In this document: positions 17,368-18,664 of the stretch, piece after piece
How the letters are laid out: every line of letters begins with the position of its first letter
Position numbering within the stretch: position 1 is the stretch's first letter
From: Bdellovibrionales bacterium
GTDB taxonomy: Bacteria > Bdellovibrionota > Bdellovibrionia > Bdellovibrionales > UBA840
Reading direction: 5' to 3'
DNA: 18,664 bases
NCBI GenBank assembly: GCA_037969075.1
Contig: JBBKWS010000095.1
Coordinates: 1-18,664 of the forward strand
Translations under genes and position numbers: made by a program
The notes under the pieces: model-generated
What the model was told of the DNA's origin: nothing
Database searches by the model: none
The model's input: the letters and a program-made list of their open reading frames with translations, nothing else

Positions 17368-18009
17368 ATGACTAATTTACCTCTAAGTAAACCTAGATTG
17401 CGTGGATACCTTCATCAAGAGGCTTTTTTTGTCGCGCTTGGCGCATGCATTTTACTGTTAGCAAAATGCGAAACTAAAACTCAGTGGGTTACATGTATAA
17501 TATACTCTTTATCATTACTAATACTATTTGGCATTAGTGCCATCTATCATCGTCCGCACTGGCAACCAAAGCAGAGAAAGTTTTTAAAACGATTAGATCA
17601 CTCTGCTATATTTATTGTGATCGCAGGAACCTTTACCCCCGTAAGCGTACTTTCTCTACCCCCTAACATGGGACTCACGCTTGCAGTCATCGCTTGGAGC
17701 TTCGCACTACTGGGAATAATACAATCTGTATTTTGGACTACCGCCCCAAAGTGGCTGACAGCTATGCTTTATATTGGCATGGGATGGCTGGCTTCACCAT
17801 TTTTAAGAGAGTTACATGATGGACTAGGATCTAATAGCTTAGCTCTAATTATTGTTGGAGGAGTTGTTTACACAATCGGCGCCGTATTTTATGCACTTAA
17901 ACGCCCAAAATTAAATCCAATAATATTTGGTTACCATGAGTTGTTTCATTTATTTACTATCATCGGAGCCACCCTACATTTTGTAGTGATCTATAAACTC
18001 ATAAATTAG
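17368..18009 (+). CDS. Hemolysin III family (PAQR/TrhA) membrane protein
   Basis: KPRLRGYLH, SAIYH, RLDHSAIFIVIAGTFTP, YIGMGW, GGVVYTIGAVFY and GYHELFHLF; about 7 TM segments. Confidence 0.93.
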   Translation: MTNLPLSKPRLRGYLHQEAFFVALGACILLLAKCETKTQWVTCIIYSLSLLILFGISAIYHRPHWQPKQRKFLKRLDHSAIFIVIAGTFTPVSVLSLPPNMGLTLAVIAWSFALLGIIQSVFWTTAPKWLTAMLYIGMGWLASPFLRELHDGLGSNSLALIIVGGVVYTIGAVFYALKRPKLNPIIFGYHELFHLFTIIGATLHFVVIYKLIN

Positions 18010-18664
18010 GTTTCAACGATCCAACTATCATGATCAGAAAACAGTGGCATAAAGATTTCATTGATCGCAAAGTCTTCATCAGAAAATAATTCGTATTGAG
18101 TAATGGCCATATCTGACAACGCATTATAAGCTTCGCACTTTTCAAAATACTCCGATTTTGTCATGCTTGGAGTTGGCATTTTACCGTGAACTTCTTTTTG
18201 TCCAAACAAAATGGTATCATAGCTATTACTATTAAATACCAGCGGCTCATAGGCAGTAAATCCAGAGGCAGATCCAAAGTTAGATCGGCTAAGAGGAGGA
18301 CGCTCGTTAAAGAGCTTAATGATTTCTTTCGCATCACCTATATCACAATTCTCTCTGCACCACTGCCAAAATTTAGTGTCTAATTTTTTATTAAACTTAT
18401 AGTGAACACCGATAAACGATCTGAATGTATCCCAAGTAGCGGCAATTTCTTTATTGATGGCGGTTATAGAACTAGTGTCTTTCAAAGAGTTAGGCATTAT
18501 CTTACAAAGAATCATAATGGACTGTATAACAGTTTGGATTGCAGTAGATTCAAGTGGCTCGATAAATGCGTATGCGTTTCCGAGAGAAAATACATTTTTG
18601 TTCCAAGCTAACTCGTGGCGCCCTGATTTAAAGTTTATGACCTTATGAGATTTTATATCTCCGA
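18006..18664 (-). CDS. Tryptophan halogenase family flavoprotein, C-terminal part (start lies beyond the right edge)
   Basis: The frame of track ORF 18006-18515 stays open to the edge: GDIKSHKVINFKSGRHELAWNKNVFSLGNAYAFIEPLESTAIQ ... WDTFRSFIGVHYKFNKKLDTKFW. The W.KN....G....F.EPLEST and HY......DT.FW motifs match the PrnA/RebH family. Confidence 0.85.
   Translation of the reverse strand, partial: GDIKSHKVINFKSGRHELAWNKNVFSLGNAYAFIEPLESTAIQTVIQSIMILCKIMPNSLKDTSSITAINKEIAATWDTFRSFIGVHYKFNKKLDTKFWQWCRENCDIGDAKEIIKLFNERPPLSRSNFGSASGFTAYEPLVFNSNSYDTILFGQKEVHGKMPTPSMTKSEYFEKCEAYNALSDMAITQYELFSDEDFAINEIFMPLFSDHDSWIVET

Noticed and set aside
17368..18009. Hemolysin III as a toxin or virulence factor
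   Set aside because: The family is widespread and linked mainly to membrane homeostasis; the name does not show a lytic function.
15390..18648. Short ORFs at 15390-15611, 18186-18383, 18402-18611 and 18454-18648
   Set aside because: Antisense to yaiI or the halogenase-family gene.
1..18664. CRISPR arrays, tRNA/rRNA genes, IS elements, prophage or defence genes
   Set aside because: The window is almost fully coding with short intergenic gaps. I saw no direct-repeat arrays or transposase, integrase or known defence motifs. The PIN-like YaiI gene is a common housekeeping-type family.

Overview
AT-rich bacterial chromosomal window, probably Bdellovibrionota (inferred from the CcoNO fusion, an RxPAS motif and the S8 protease style). 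From left to right it holds a partial M23/MepM-like peptidase, a secreted five-fold Cys-repeat protein, a gluzincin peptidase, a secreted truncated catalase-fold protein and an Fnr-like regulator. Next comes a cbb3 oxidase operon (ccoI-ccoS-ccoNO-ccoQ-ccoP-ccoG-dsbD-like, no ccoH) with an Fnr-type box upstream. Divergent from it is an operon of a carbon-nitrogen hydrolase, a 1000-aa GNAT acetyltransferase-PEP carboxylase fusion and a YaiI-family gene. The window ends with a peptidoglycan-binding protein, an S8 protease, a hemolysin III protein and a partial tryptophan-halogenase-family gene. The most unusual element is the GNAT-PEPC fusion, which is translationally coupled to the hydrolase and has altered conserved PEPC motifs. 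I saw no RNA genes, CRISPR arrays or mobile elements. All family assignments come from motif recognition by eye; no database searches were run.
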